A stretch of 49,293 nucleotides of DNA from positions 1 to 49,293 of IMG/VR virus record IMGVR_UViG_3300037046_000058; one strand, given 5' to 3'. The DNA is from a virus (taxonomy: Duplodnaviria > Caudoviricetes). This document shows positions 29,845 to 39,255 of this stretch, piece after piece. Positions within the stretch are counted from its first letter, which is position 1, and the number at the start of each line of letters is the position of its first letter. Under the pieces are notes generated by a model that had not been told where the DNA came from, ran no database searches, and worked only from the letters and a program-made list of their open reading frames with translations. The position numbers and the translations under genes were made by a program.

Positions 29845-29917
29845 TGTACCCGCAGGGAATCGAACCCTGAGCCTCAGCATTGCAAGTGCTGCGTTCTACC
29901 GTTAGAACTACGGATAC
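29845..29917 (-). tRNA. tRNA with anticodon UGC (Ala), 73 nt, CCA not encoded
   Basis: Cloverleaf: acceptor GTATCCG/CGGGTAC, D arm GTTC/GAAC, anticodon arm CAGCA-CTTGCAA-TGCTG, T arm CAGGG-TTCGATT-CCCTG, discriminator A. Confidence 0.92.
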
Positions 29918-30164
29918 AATACAGGCAGGAACTCTTATAGGATAGGTGGTGGTTCCTGCCTGGGTCTCTGCAAAAAAAGTTTTGGAGAAAATAGTCTGAG
30001 AGACCATGTTGTGATCGGTCTCCGATGTTTTTGAATCATCAATTGTTTTCTCTTTACTCATTCAAACCGCTTCCTGCATCGCTTGCAAGTTACTTCTGTT
30101 CTATCAACAGTATCACTGTCCTTTTCTTGCCAATGTACGCATCGTCTTAGTGCATAGTGTACTT

Positions 30165-30422
30165 TCATTTCATCGCCTCGCATGCGCCCGAAATACTCTT
30201 TAGGTCGCAGTACAGTATCCCGAATGTCTCATCGAACGCCATGCGGAACGAGTCGCCATGTGATTTGCCTATACCAGTAGATTTGTGTGTGGCTTTATAT
30301 ATAACACTGTTTTTATTATTAGTTCGCACACTCTCGCTGATTTTCTTTTTTGTTTCAGAGCTCATGGTATAACCTGGCTTTCGTCCACCAAATCCCCTGA
30401 AAGCATATCGCCCGATTTTCAT
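30165..30422 (-). CDS. Small protein with a NUMOD3-like motif
   Basis: GYTMSSETKKKISES motif; AGGAG RBS upstream of the chosen ATG. Confidence 0.5.
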   Translation of the reverse strand: MKIGRYAFRGFGGRKPGYTMSSETKKKISESVRTNNKNSVIYKATHKSTGIGKSHGDSFRMAFDETFGILYCDLKSISGACEAMK

Positions 30423-30852
30423 GATGCTGCTCCTGCTGGATATTGTGAAATGAAGGTAGCATAATCCTCGGCATACCACAGCGCCCAGTATTGATCAAGC
30501 AATGCCCAATCTACTTTACATTTTGAAAGCATGGTTATACCCTCTGATATGGGCACGGTATGCCGGTTCCTTTGAACTTACAATATATGCATTTCTGTTC
30601 ATATATATTTGGTTTGCAATTCATGTTTTCACTACTCTGATTCATAGTTGTTTATTGCGTGTTCAAGTAAGTAGGTGGCTATATGCAACGATTTTTTATT
30701 ACTTAATCCGCTGTCAATAAGAGAATTTATCTCTTTCAAGGCAAATTCATAATCCTCTTGTGAATAACTCATTGTATTCTCCTTTCCTGTTTGTTCTTCT
30801 TTCTATCTTCTTTATCTTGGATCTTTTTCAAGTGTGCTTCTCGCTGTGACAT

Positions 30853-31104
30853 TTATACCTCCAGTTTATGCATTTTTCTCATATGATACTCTTGAAACGC
30901 GATATCAGAAGGCAGTATCGCTCCACAATTAATACATTTTTGTTCTTTTGTGAAGGACGCAACGTCCTCACAGTTCAGGCATCTCGAATCTTGTCTCCTT
31001 TGCCATTGCTTTTCTTTATAATCCTCTAGGAACTTCTCTTCCCGGAGTGCTTCGAGCTGCCCGCGCTCTTCGTTAGATTCTAAATTCCAATCTGCTTCGC
31101 TCAT
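30853..31104 (-). CDS. Zn-ribbon hypothetical protein
   Basis: CLNC…CINC; GGAGG RBS. Confidence 0.65.
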   Translation of the reverse strand: MSEADWNLESNEERGQLEALREEKFLEDYKEKQWQRRQDSRCLNCEDVASFTKEQKCINCGAILPSDIAFQEYHMRKMHKLEV

Positions 31105-31276
31105 GATTCCTCCGTTTGAATTACATGCATGCTAAAATGACATTCTTCGGGATTCTCAATTGCACAATTCAAAGTTGAGTCGAAGATGCAATCTGCACAC
31201 TTTTTTGAACACAATTCAATTTGATTCATATTTCTATTTCCTCCATTTGCCTTATCGGCAATCATACTTATGAACT

Positions 31277-31681
31277 TTAAGGTATATATAAGTTACGGTC
31301 ATTAGCGTGTTTCATCATGAATGTGTCGGCTTCTGATTCATTCCCGAATCCCACATGTCCGATTTCATGCAATAGTGTATTGCGCCAATCCTGATCCTCA
31401 TTGCTGATCCATATATCAAATGTATTTGAATACAACCAGTGTGGTTGAGTGCATCCTATCGCCGTGCGTCCCGGTAACATCTCGCAGATGCGTGACACCT
31501 CCGCCGTGCTGGTGAATGTGATTGAGTTGATTTGCGGGTCATTATAATATCCAGTTTCGTTCAGGATGGCGATTACGTCCGGCATTTTGTCGGCTGGTGC
31601 GCTGATTCTCTGCCCAGGAAGTGCTGACGTTATCGCAGCATACACACTAAGTATTATGAGTATCACAATGATGCGTTTCAT
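31277..31681 (-). CDS. Secreted zincin-like metallopeptidase
   Basis: Signal peptide MKRIIVILIILSVYAAITSA; LLHEIGH…E motif. Confidence 0.7.
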   Translation of the reverse strand: MKRIIVILIILSVYAAITSALPGQRISAPADKMPDVIAILNETGYYNDPQINSITFTSTAEVSRICEMLPGRTAIGCTQPHWLYSNTFDIWISNEDQDWRNTLLHEIGHVGFGNESEADTFMMKHANDRNLYIP

Positions 31682-31865
31682 TTTATATACGCGCATACAT
31701 TCAGATTCCGGCTCAGGCAATCCGCGTCTGTCGTTCTATTTCGCGGCTCATGATGTCCTCTCGAATCTATCAGGCTTAAGTTGTCTGAGGCACCACAATA
31801 GCCGCGCGGAGTCCCCTTGAATACGATTTATCGCTTTGCCGTTTCTGAAAAATTGATACTTCATA

Positions 31866-32783
31866 TTACACCGCCCCCGTTATGCGCTTTGCCGACTGCA
31901 TCGCCGCAGGCGTTCTCTTCCGCTGCCATGCCGTATTAAATGGACTCCATCGCCAACCCTCGCCTTTCAGCTTTGACCTCATTGCTTCGTCCGGGATTGC
32001 ATCGAAGTGTATTTGTACTCTGTCGGCTTCCGCGTTATCTACAATGCTACCGCCCGCGAAAGTGATATCACTTGTCGGGGTTGCCTCTTTTGCCTGCATT
32101 TCTGTGATCCGTTCCTTCATGCGCCGAATATTGGCGTTTGAGTTCTGAAGCGACCAACCAGGAAAACCAATATTCCCCATATAATCGGGCTTAAACATTT
32201 TAGTTGCCATTTCTTCGCTGACTCCGGTTGCGTCCATAATTGTTTTTACTTTTTCCTCTTGCGTGGCGCCTTTCTTCTTGATGATGCGATTAGAGATTAC
32301 CATTACCTCATGGCATTTCTCAGCGGACTCTATTTTTTTCTGCATTACTGCCAACTCTCCGCCCGCTTCTTCAACTGCCATCTTTTTTATCTCGCGCAGG
32401 ATTGCCGCAAATGCTCTATGTTTGAACTCCTGCAAATCTTCATAGCGGTTCTGCTCTGCCTTATTTGTCTTGTCGTGTGCGCGGTTATTGAATCCAGAGG
32501 CGCCGGTAATCATGACACTGAACGTACGCCCTTTCGTACTAAGATAGTCATTATACTTATGCGCATAATTGCTTTGAAATACTGACATCTGTTCGTTCAG
32601 GTATTGCTTTTGTTTTTCGCTCTTTGCTGACTCGCTCAATTCATCATAGATGCTTTGAACTTCTGCCTTGAATCCTTCGGTTTCTTGAATTGCCCGCTTT
32701 TCGGGGTCGAAAGATGTATGCATGTGCGATCCCGCCGCGATATCCTTATTTATCCCCGCGCTGCTTGCTGTGAATTGTTCCAT
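31866..32783 (-). CDS. DUF3560-like mobile-element protein
   Basis: SVMITGASGF, LQNSNANIRR and C-terminal RVQIHFDAIPD…LKGEGWRWSP…AWQR; GGAGG RBS. Confidence 0.65.
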   Translation of the reverse strand: MEQFTASSAGINKDIAAGSHMHTSFDPEKRAIQETEGFKAEVQSIYDELSESAKSEKQKQYLNEQMSVFQSNYAHKYNDYLSTKGRTFSVMITGASGFNNRAHDKTNKAEQNRYEDLQEFKHRAFAAILREIKKMAVEEAGGELAVMQKKIESAEKCHEVMVISNRIIKKKGATQEEKVKTIMDATGVSEEMATKMFKPDYMGNIGFPGWSLQNSNANIRRMKERITEMQAKEATPTSDITFAGGSIVDNAEADRVQIHFDAIPDEAMRSKLKGEGWRWSPFNTAWQRKRTPAAMQSAKRITGAV

Positions 32784-32981
32784 AGTTTTGACCTCCGATT
32801 TTTTCTTTCTGTGGGTTAGAGGATGGCTTGCGCCATCTTCTCCGCAATATTCGCGGCCTCTTTGTATTCCTGCTATCTTGTCGCAGTCCTACAAGCATAC
32901 ATTAGCAACATACTACTTAAAGGTTTCTATAAGATTACAAATTGAATATCTATATATACTCTATAAGACAATATTACGAAT

Positions 32982-33158
32982 ATGTCAGATGAAGATAATT
33001 TTAATGTTGATGATACGACTGTGGTTGATATTTCAGGATCAATTTTTGTACGGATACCTGCGCGAATGGCGAAACACCTGGGGCTGAAAGGAAATACGCC
33101 ATGCAAAGGGCAAATCGAATACATAAACAATAAGACCGCGCGACTGACATTTGAATAA
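32982..33158 (+). CDS. AbrB/MazE/SpoVT-like regulator (58 aa)
   Basis: DISGSIFVRIPARMAKHLGL; TATATA box about 25 nt upstream (leaderless). Confidence 0.75.
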   Translation: MSDEDNFNVDDTTVVDISGSIFVRIPARMAKHLGLKGNTPCKGQIEYINNKTARLTFE

Positions 33159-33320
33159 CAATCCTCGTACTCCGTTGCGACTCCGTACGAGGTCTTAGGC
33201 TCGGTTTGAGATAGTTCGTATTATCACGAATGGCAATGGTTCGTAATAAGGCGAAAGAATATTGGACAGAAGATATATATAGTCATGAAGATTATCTTAT
33301 ACTATCTTAATGAGGGATTT

Positions 33321-33458
33321 ATGATAAATGTAAATGTTGAGTTAAAAAACGACATCGAGACCGAGTTTTTAGAACTGCAAAAAAAATTAGGATTCGAGAA
33401 TAAGACTGAGGTGTTGCGATGGGCTATAAAATTTACGAATAAAAGATACACAGTTTAG
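33321..33458 (+). CDS. Ribbon-helix-helix (CopG-like) regulator
   Basis: MINVNVEL…LQKKLGFENKTEVLRWAI; TATATATA box and GAGG RBS upstream. Confidence 0.7.
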   Translation: MINVNVELKNDIETEFLELQKKLGFENKTEVLRWAIKFTNKRYTV

Positions 33459-33550
33459 GGGCGTCTCTTATGTGCATGAACAAAGACCCGATTACGAAAC
33501 GCTGCCTGTTCGGCTGGAGATGCGCGACATGCTCAGGGACAAGGTGACAC

Positions 33551-33676
33551 ATGACGGATTATTGTATAGATTGTATGTACTTGCCCGCTGATCTTGTTTG
33601 TCTTGTCGCAGAGGAAGGCAAAAAGACCGAAACACATATCACTAACCGCGCGTGCAAGGAATACCGCAGGCGGTAG
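33551..33676 (+). CDS. Small Cys-rich protein
   Basis: MTDYCIDC…C…RACKEYRRR; GGTGA RBS; stops 2 nt before the helicase ATG. Confidence 0.5.
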   Translation: MTDYCIDCMYLPADLVCLVAEEGKKTETHITNRACKEYRRR

Positions 33677-33678
33677 CC

Positions 33679-35661
33679 ATGACGCCACCCCGCGCCGAGA
33701 TTAAAAAACTATTCGAGGAGAAAGCACGGATAGAGAATGAATTACACCAGGCAGGTACGGACATGCCGCGCGTTATCGATTTGGCGAATTATACCGATCT
33801 TGGGAACGCCAAGCGGTTCGTGTCCCTGCATCAGCGCAATATCAGATACGTTCCCGCGTGGAAGTGTTGGATGATGTGGGATGGGAAACGATGGGGTAAG
33901 AAAGATAACAGCAGCATGACAGTACTTGTTGATGAAATGATTCAATCCATGTACGCGGAGGCGAACGGTGGTGGCCATACGGATGAGGTGGATAAACTAC
34001 GTAAACATGCACGCGCTACAGAATCAGAAAAAGCAATAATGTCCACTATTCGACTTGCTCAGGGGCAGCCCGGTGTAATCGCACAACCATCTGATTTTGA
34101 TAAGAACCCATGGTTATTTAATGTCCAGAACGGAACGGTTAATATTCTTGCGCGGAAATTGCAGGATCATAACCGCGAGGATATGATCACAAAAATCTCT
34201 CCGATACAGTACGACGCAACCAAGAAATGTGATGTATGGTTATTATTTTTGAATCGAATTATGAAAACCAGCCCGGAAGTTATTCCGTATCTTCAAAATT
34301 TATCAGGGCAATGTTTAACTGGGGAAGTCAGGCAAAAAGCATTTTATATTTTCTGGGGAGCAGGTGGCGACAATGGGAAGACAACATTTATTGAACAGAT
34401 ACAATATATTTTAGATGAGTATGCTCAGACTATACCGATTGCCGCGCTTATAAAAGAAAATAAATCAAGTATCCCAGTTGATCTACATTCTTTGATAGGT
34501 GCGCGGTTTGCGTTTGCGAGCGAGCCGGATTTAGGCGATACCCTCACAGACGGGTTGATCAAGCGCATTACCGGTAGGGACACTATGAAGACCAGGACAC
34601 TTCATGAAAAACCCACACAGTGGAAACCGGAATTTAAATTAATTATCGCCACCAACAACAAACCCAAGATTCCTGATGCGTCTGGCGCCATGTGGAGTCG
34701 GGTAAAATGCATACCATTTATTGAAAAAATCCCGAAACATGAACAGGACGAAATATTATGGAAAAAACTTATAGACGAATCCCCCGGAATCCTTAACTGG
34801 ATGCTGGAAGGATGTTTCCAGTGGCTTGATAATGGAATGATCGAACCAGAAATCGTCAAACAGACAGTTCTGGATTATCAGGAAGATAGCGATAAATTAG
34901 CGGAATGGATCAATTATTGTTTCGATAAATATAAAGAAGGGTTTGTACCATTCAAAATATATTATCCGTTATATAAATTGTGGTGTGATACTCACGGAGT
35001 CAGGGCAGTTCAGGAAAATACATTGCCAGGATTATTAGAAAATAGAGGTTTTTATAAAAGTCGTGGATGGTATATCGATGAGAAAGGAAACAATATTAGA
35101 GACCGGGGAATGTTTGGATTAAAACTTAATTCTTGGCTCTCTGGAAGAGAAAACAACGGCAAAAACGAGGCTGCCGTTTCGAGTGGACAGACTCAGAATG
35201 CATCGGGCGCAGGTGGACAGACTAAGCCCATTTCCCCTGTCCACCTCATCATTGAGGCGATTGATGTTGATTATGAGCAGGCAAAATGGCTCTTTGGACA
35301 GGTGGACAGGCAAAAGTTGGTAGATGCCTTAGAAATGGTTATATCGGCAAAACAGATAAATGCTGTGTCCAGTCTGTCCAGTCTGTCCCATGATAATGAA
35401 AAGGCTATATCTAACCTTAATACTCCTTCTGTCCAGTCTGTCCAGTCTGTCCACAATAATTATAATAAAGAAATAGTATTACTGTTAAAAGAAAGTTTTG
35501 ACAGATATAACTTAACTCAGTTATTAGAAATACATCATAATGTACCAGAATTGAAGGAATTTATGGAACTAAAAATAGAGACTGAAATAGATAACCTGCC
35601 AGATAATTTAGAATTGAGTAGATACGTGTTTGATTATTGCAAGGCACGAGGATGGGAATAA
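33679..35661 (+). CDS. D5/P4-family SF3 helicase (D5_N + ATPase + winged helix)
   Basis: TDLGNAKRF…WMMWDGKRW (D5_N), Walker A GAGGDNGKTT, ASEPD, IATNNKP and MWSRVKCIPF motifs. Confidence 0.92.
   Translation: MTPPRAEIKKLFEEKARIENELHQAGTDMPRVIDLANYTDLGNAKRFVSLHQRNIRYVPAWKCWMMWDGKRWGKKDNSSMTVLVDEMIQSMYAEANGGGHTDEVDKLRKHARATESEKAIMSTIRLAQGQPGVIAQPSDFDKNPWLFNVQNGTVNILARKLQDHNREDMITKISPIQYDATKKCDVWLLFLNRIMKTSPEVIPYLQNLSGQCLTGEVRQKAFYIFWGAGGDNGKTTFIEQIQYILDEYAQTIPIAALIKENKSSIPVDLHSLIGARFAFASEPDLGDTLTDGLIKRITGRDTMKTRTLHEKPTQWKPEFKLIIATNNKPKIPDASGAMWSRVKCIPFIEKIPKHEQDEILWKKLIDESPGILNWMLEGCFQWLDNGMIEPEIVKQTVLDYQEDSDKLAEWINYCFDKYKEGFVPFKIYYPLYKLWCDTHGVRAVQENTLPGLLENRGFYKSRGWYIDEKGNNIRDRGMFGLKLNSWLSGRENNGKNEAAVSSGQTQNASGAGGQTKPISPVHLIIEAIDVDYEQAKWLFGQVDRQKLVDALEMVISAKQINAVSSLSSLSHDNEKAISNLNTPSVQSVQSVHNNYNKEIVLLLKESFDRYNLTQLLEIHHNVPELKEFMELKIETEIDNLPDNLELSRYVFDYCKARGWE
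35184..35453. repeat. Iteron-like cluster of TGGACAG(AC)/(GT)CTGTCCA
   Basis: About 11 copies (4 forward, 7 reverse), including two triple tandem 9-mer runs. Confidence 0.8.
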
Positions 35662-35888
35662 TGGAACAAAATCAACCACCAGACCCGGCGCGCCCTATTT
35701 ATATCTGGGGTGATAAGCAAATCAAGGAGGCGCGCAATATCCTGAACTTGCGTTTCGATGAGGCGCCTTTCTCTGTTGAGACTGTGCAACAGATGTTATC
35801 TCTGCTCATTGAGAAGCTCAGGAACGATCCTGAGCAGATAGAGCGCGTGATAGTGCAGCATTTCACGAAAAAGCGGAAAATTAATTGA
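35661..35888 (+). CDS. Hypothetical protein
   Basis: TAATG coupling to the helicase stop codon. Confidence 0.6.
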   Translation: MEQNQPPDPARPIYIWGDKQIKEARNILNLRFDEAPFSVETVQQMLSLLIEKLRNDPEQIERVIVQHFTKKRKIN

Positions 35889-36085
35889 TAAATTTCAGGG
35901 CGAAAATGCCAGTCCATTTACCCATGATCATAAAAAAAAGTACCTTAACTTCATAGCGCGGTCATGCTCTCTTCCAGGTGCGCTTCATGTTGATTTGGCA
36001 GGCACGTGTAGCCAGATATAGCGCGCGCCTACCAGGATTATTACAGCGTCGATTAGCAGCACTATAATCACTATGTCTGTGTTGG

Positions 36086-36493
36086 TCATGGCGCGCCCTG
36101 CTCTGCTGCCTTCTTCTTCGCTGCCCTCATAGCGCGCAACTCCTTTAAACCATCAACGCCGATATATTCCCATGCTTTCAGTCCGGTCTTTACCTCATCT
36201 AAAGTTATCAAGGCGCTCGTCTCTCCGGCATCGTCTGCTATCTTCAGGATAGAGGCGAATTCCTCTGCTACCTTTTCTGTAAACCATTTACGTTTAGTAA
36301 TCCATGCAGGAATCGGTAAAGATTTTTGTACAAATATATATTTATCTGGATGGGTTTTTGCCTGCTCTAAGATGATTTGTTTTAATGCATCGGTTCTATT
36401 ACATATCATCTTATCATCAACTAAGTTATCCAACACATTGCAGAATTGTTCCGGTAATGATACAACATTACGTTTACTTTTGTTTGTAGTCAT
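36086..36493 (-). CDS. Ribbon-helix-helix domain protein
   Basis: VVSLPEQFCNVLDNLV…NRTDALKQII; GAGG RBS. Confidence 0.7.
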   Translation of the reverse strand: MTTNKSKRNVVSLPEQFCNVLDNLVDDKMICNRTDALKQIILEQAKTHPDKYIFVQKSLPIPAWITKRKWFTEKVAEEFASILKIADDAGETSALITLDEVKTGLKAWEYIGVDGLKELRAMRAAKKKAAEQGAP

Positions 36494-36528
36494 GTATTAA
36501 CCTCATTGCAATATATAATCCTATACGA

Positions 36529-36540
36529 TATATAGTTATC
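36529..36540 (-). promoter_or_regulatory. BRE/TATA promoter motif GATAACTATATA
   Basis: Lies about 35 nt upstream of the ATG at 36493; identical copies at 38913 and 48997. Confidence 0.65.
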
Positions 36541-37013
36541 TCATAATTAACTCATGATTAACTCATGAAATTAAAAAAAGAATAGTTTAATTGTGTTATA
36601 CAATATATCACAACTAAACTACCTTCTGTTACTTCTGTGGTGTTTCCAAAAACGCACACCTTCCGCGCGGCACTCTGGACAATTGCATTTCTTATGGTCT
36701 TTGCGTGCTTTGGTCTTCATGTGCTGCGCCTTCTTCCGCTATCTTCGCGATAGTGTGAGTTGTCAAAACCTCATTTCTGTGCATCTCCAGGACTTCGCGC
36801 CAAATTTTAGCAGGGTCATAGCTTCCTTCAATGCATATCATAGCTATATTCCCCTCCCATACGTCCAGGGCGCGCTATCAGGGCGGCACCAGGGGCATAA
36901 GTTGACCTCATGCCCGTTGATCTTCGCTAAGGCTTCTTCTGCCTGTAGGTAATCCGTGCAGCAATCCATACATTGCAGAAAGCCGGTACGATATTGCTTA
37001 AGCTGTCCTGTGG

Positions 37014-37778
37014 TCATACTATCCTTCCTATAATATTCTCTTGCACATCAATGAAATACTCAATATCATCAATCTCAATCTTCTGCGCCTCCATCCGTGC
37101 GACCCGGCGCGCCATGCGATTAAGTTCCGCTTTAATCCTGTTACCTTCCCGGCTGCCTTTCATAAGGTTAGGGTGTACCCATTCGCGCCCATACCTTACA
37201 TGCTGCTTTGTTACTATGCTCATAGCGTCACCTTCTTAATATTCCATTCTGCGACCCATGCCCAACCCTGCGCCCAGCCTTGACCAACCATATGGTACAA
37301 TACTGCGCCGCGCCATTCTCGTATGCGGTCTATCATGTACACCTTACCATCATTATGATAATCAGTTCTCTTGACTGTATCGCCTATTTTGAATGCTGCG
37401 TTCATGTTGGTTATTCCTCCCAAAATAAATTTGTATGCCTGCTCCTTGCTTCTTCTATTTCTTCTTCTGTGAGATATAAAATAGGACTTTGTCCTATCTG
37501 GTATAATGGTTTATCTAATTTCACACCATATTTATTTGCTATTATTCGTCTATAATTATTCATGTTGTTGCCTCCATACCTATGAACCGGGGCGCCCACA
37601 GGTCATAATATCCCTGTGCGCCCATTTTCAACATATCGCGCGCCCAGGTGCCGTGATTTGATTCTTTGATTAAGGTTTTTGCGTTACCTTCTTTATCATA
37701 TCCTATTATTTTTACGTAAGTTTCGCCTTGATTCGTCCACAGATTTACGGTTATTTCTTTTATTATCATATTTATCAC
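37014..37778 (-). CDS. Cluster of four small overlapping hypothetical ORFs (37014-37223, 37220-37423, 37411-37599, 37560-37778)
   Basis: Co-oriented and tightly packed downstream of ardC; exact starts uncertain. Confidence 0.5.
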
Positions 37779-37787
37779 TCCAAAAAA

Positions 37788-38657
37788 TTAATTAGCAGCG
37801 GTTATGTAATCCGCTGCCTTCTGTGCTGCGCTGGCTGCCTTGATGACCATTTGTGTATCATTCTTCAATACTTTGATCCATGATTGAATATAAGCTGTGC
37901 TCTCTTCGAGTTGCTCATGTTCAAAGATTCCCGCGCGACCGGATAGGAAGGAAGCGCCCATTTCTGCTATGAGCTCTTCCTTACTGTAGTCCTGCTTATT
38001 GGACTCTGCAAAACCTTTCAGTGGCCTGTTAAGCCTGCTCTCATGTCCTGTGCTGTGCGTGAGCTCATGAAACAGCGTTTTGTAATAGAACTCTGGTTTA
38101 CTGAATGTCTCCCTTTTCGGCATGTTCACAGTATCAAAGGCAGGCATGTAATATGCGCGCTGGTATTCATGTTGTATCTTAGGGGCCTTATCAAATCCCT
38201 TTACGATATCTTCAGCGGCGCTTATGGGATTGAATACTTGCGTTTTAGATGCGTATTTCTGCGCGTTAAGGCCTTCAGTCTGTTCATAGTTGAAGACATT
38301 GTAGTATCTCATTACTAAGCGCTCATCAAGGTCTTTTGTGCTCATTTCGCCCGGCTGCCTGCCATCATCCTTATTTACTGATGTGTATTTCTTCCAGAAT
38401 ATGACCATTGTTGCCTTTTCTCCCTTCTTAACATTGCCTCCCATCTCTGATACTTGATTGAAGGTGAACCAATTAGGATTTATGTATCCCTTCGATGCCA
38501 ACAAAAAGGTATTGATCCCGTTATACTGCTTATTGCTGTGACCATTACGCGGTAATCCTCCCTCCGTCCATGACTGTTTCCAGGGTATAACTCCCTTTTC
38601 GAGCTGTTCTATTATCTGCTCTGTGATGATATCGTATACTTTATTTACCATGTTCAT
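37788..38657 (-). CDS. ardC: ArdC-family antirestriction/ssDNA-binding protein
   Basis: GVIPWKQSW, YNGIN, FTFNQ…GGNVKKGEK, YNVFNYEQT; MPTase motifs HELTHSTGH and YSKEELIAEMG. Confidence 0.92.
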   Translation of the reverse strand: MNMVNKVYDIITEQIIEQLEKGVIPWKQSWTEGGLPRNGHSNKQYNGINTFLLASKGYINPNWFTFNQVSEMGGNVKKGEKATMVIFWKKYTSVNKDDGRQPGEMSTKDLDERLVMRYYNVFNYEQTEGLNAQKYASKTQVFNPISAAEDIVKGFDKAPKIQHEYQRAYYMPAFDTVNMPKRETFSKPEFYYKTLFHELTHSTGHESRLNRPLKGFAESNKQDYSKEELIAEMGASFLSGRAGIFEHEQLEESTAYIQSWIKVLKNDTQMVIKAASAAQKAADYITAAN

Positions 38658-38854
38658 ACCTCAGCGGCGCGCTTAATCATCAAGTCCACAGCTGCCATAA
38701 AGTCCTTTTCATTGAAAAAATAGTTGTCTTTATTTCTGCCTATTCTCTGCCTTGATACAACATACTGATCACAGGTTATGCCGTATTTTATCCCTTTATA
38801 TTCCTTTTCCAGCGGCTTATTCTGAAAGGTTGTATATCTAATTTCATTGGTCAT
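38654..38854 (-). CDS. Hypothetical protein
   Basis: First gene of the ardC unit; ATGA-coupled. Confidence 0.6.
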   Translation of the reverse strand: MTNEIRYTTFQNKPLEKEYKGIKYGITCDQYVVSRQRIGRNKDNYFFNEKDFMAAVDLMIKRAAEV

Positions 38855-38910
38855 AGTTTATTTTCTCCATGTTGGTAATGTTCCAACATAGTTACTTATA
38901 CACTTATTAG

Positions 38911-38924
38911 GTTATATAGTTATC
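38911..38924 (-). promoter_or_regulatory. BRE/TATA promoter GATAACTATATAAC of the ardC unit
   Basis: 14-mer identical to 48995-49008. Confidence 0.65.
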
Positions 38925-39255
38925 GGTCGATAGCGTAACGGGATTCTGGCGCACGGTCGCATAATGTATTTGCTCTATTCAGTTGCCGATATCGATTCAA
39001 TCTAAAAACTGTATATAATGTAGATTATATTCAGTATTTACTTATGTTGTGATAATATGGCGTTACGCAATTTATGGCCCAACTATCGCAGATGAACACA
39101 ACAGACATAACAGTTATAGGGATTTTACACCCAGGATTTAGACCACATGACCTAAGCATGCTTTTCTCTTTCTTATCATCTTCCCGAATATCTTTTGTTA
39201 GTTTGTGCTTATTTTTTTTCGGTATTTTTTTTGTGACTATTTGGTTTGTGTTGCG

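Noticed and set aside
29845-29917. tRNA as an integration (att) site marking a provirus boundary
   Set aside because: No duplicated tRNA 3' end or integrase is seen, and viral-type genes continue on both sides.
29576-30061. 161-aa minus-strand ORF
   Set aside because: It runs through the tRNA and the hairpin chain, and the translation is not protein-like. At most the first few codons could be a short peptide.
30165-30422. Homing endonuclease
   Set aside because: Only a NUMOD3-like motif is present; there is no HNH or GIY-YIG catalytic motif.
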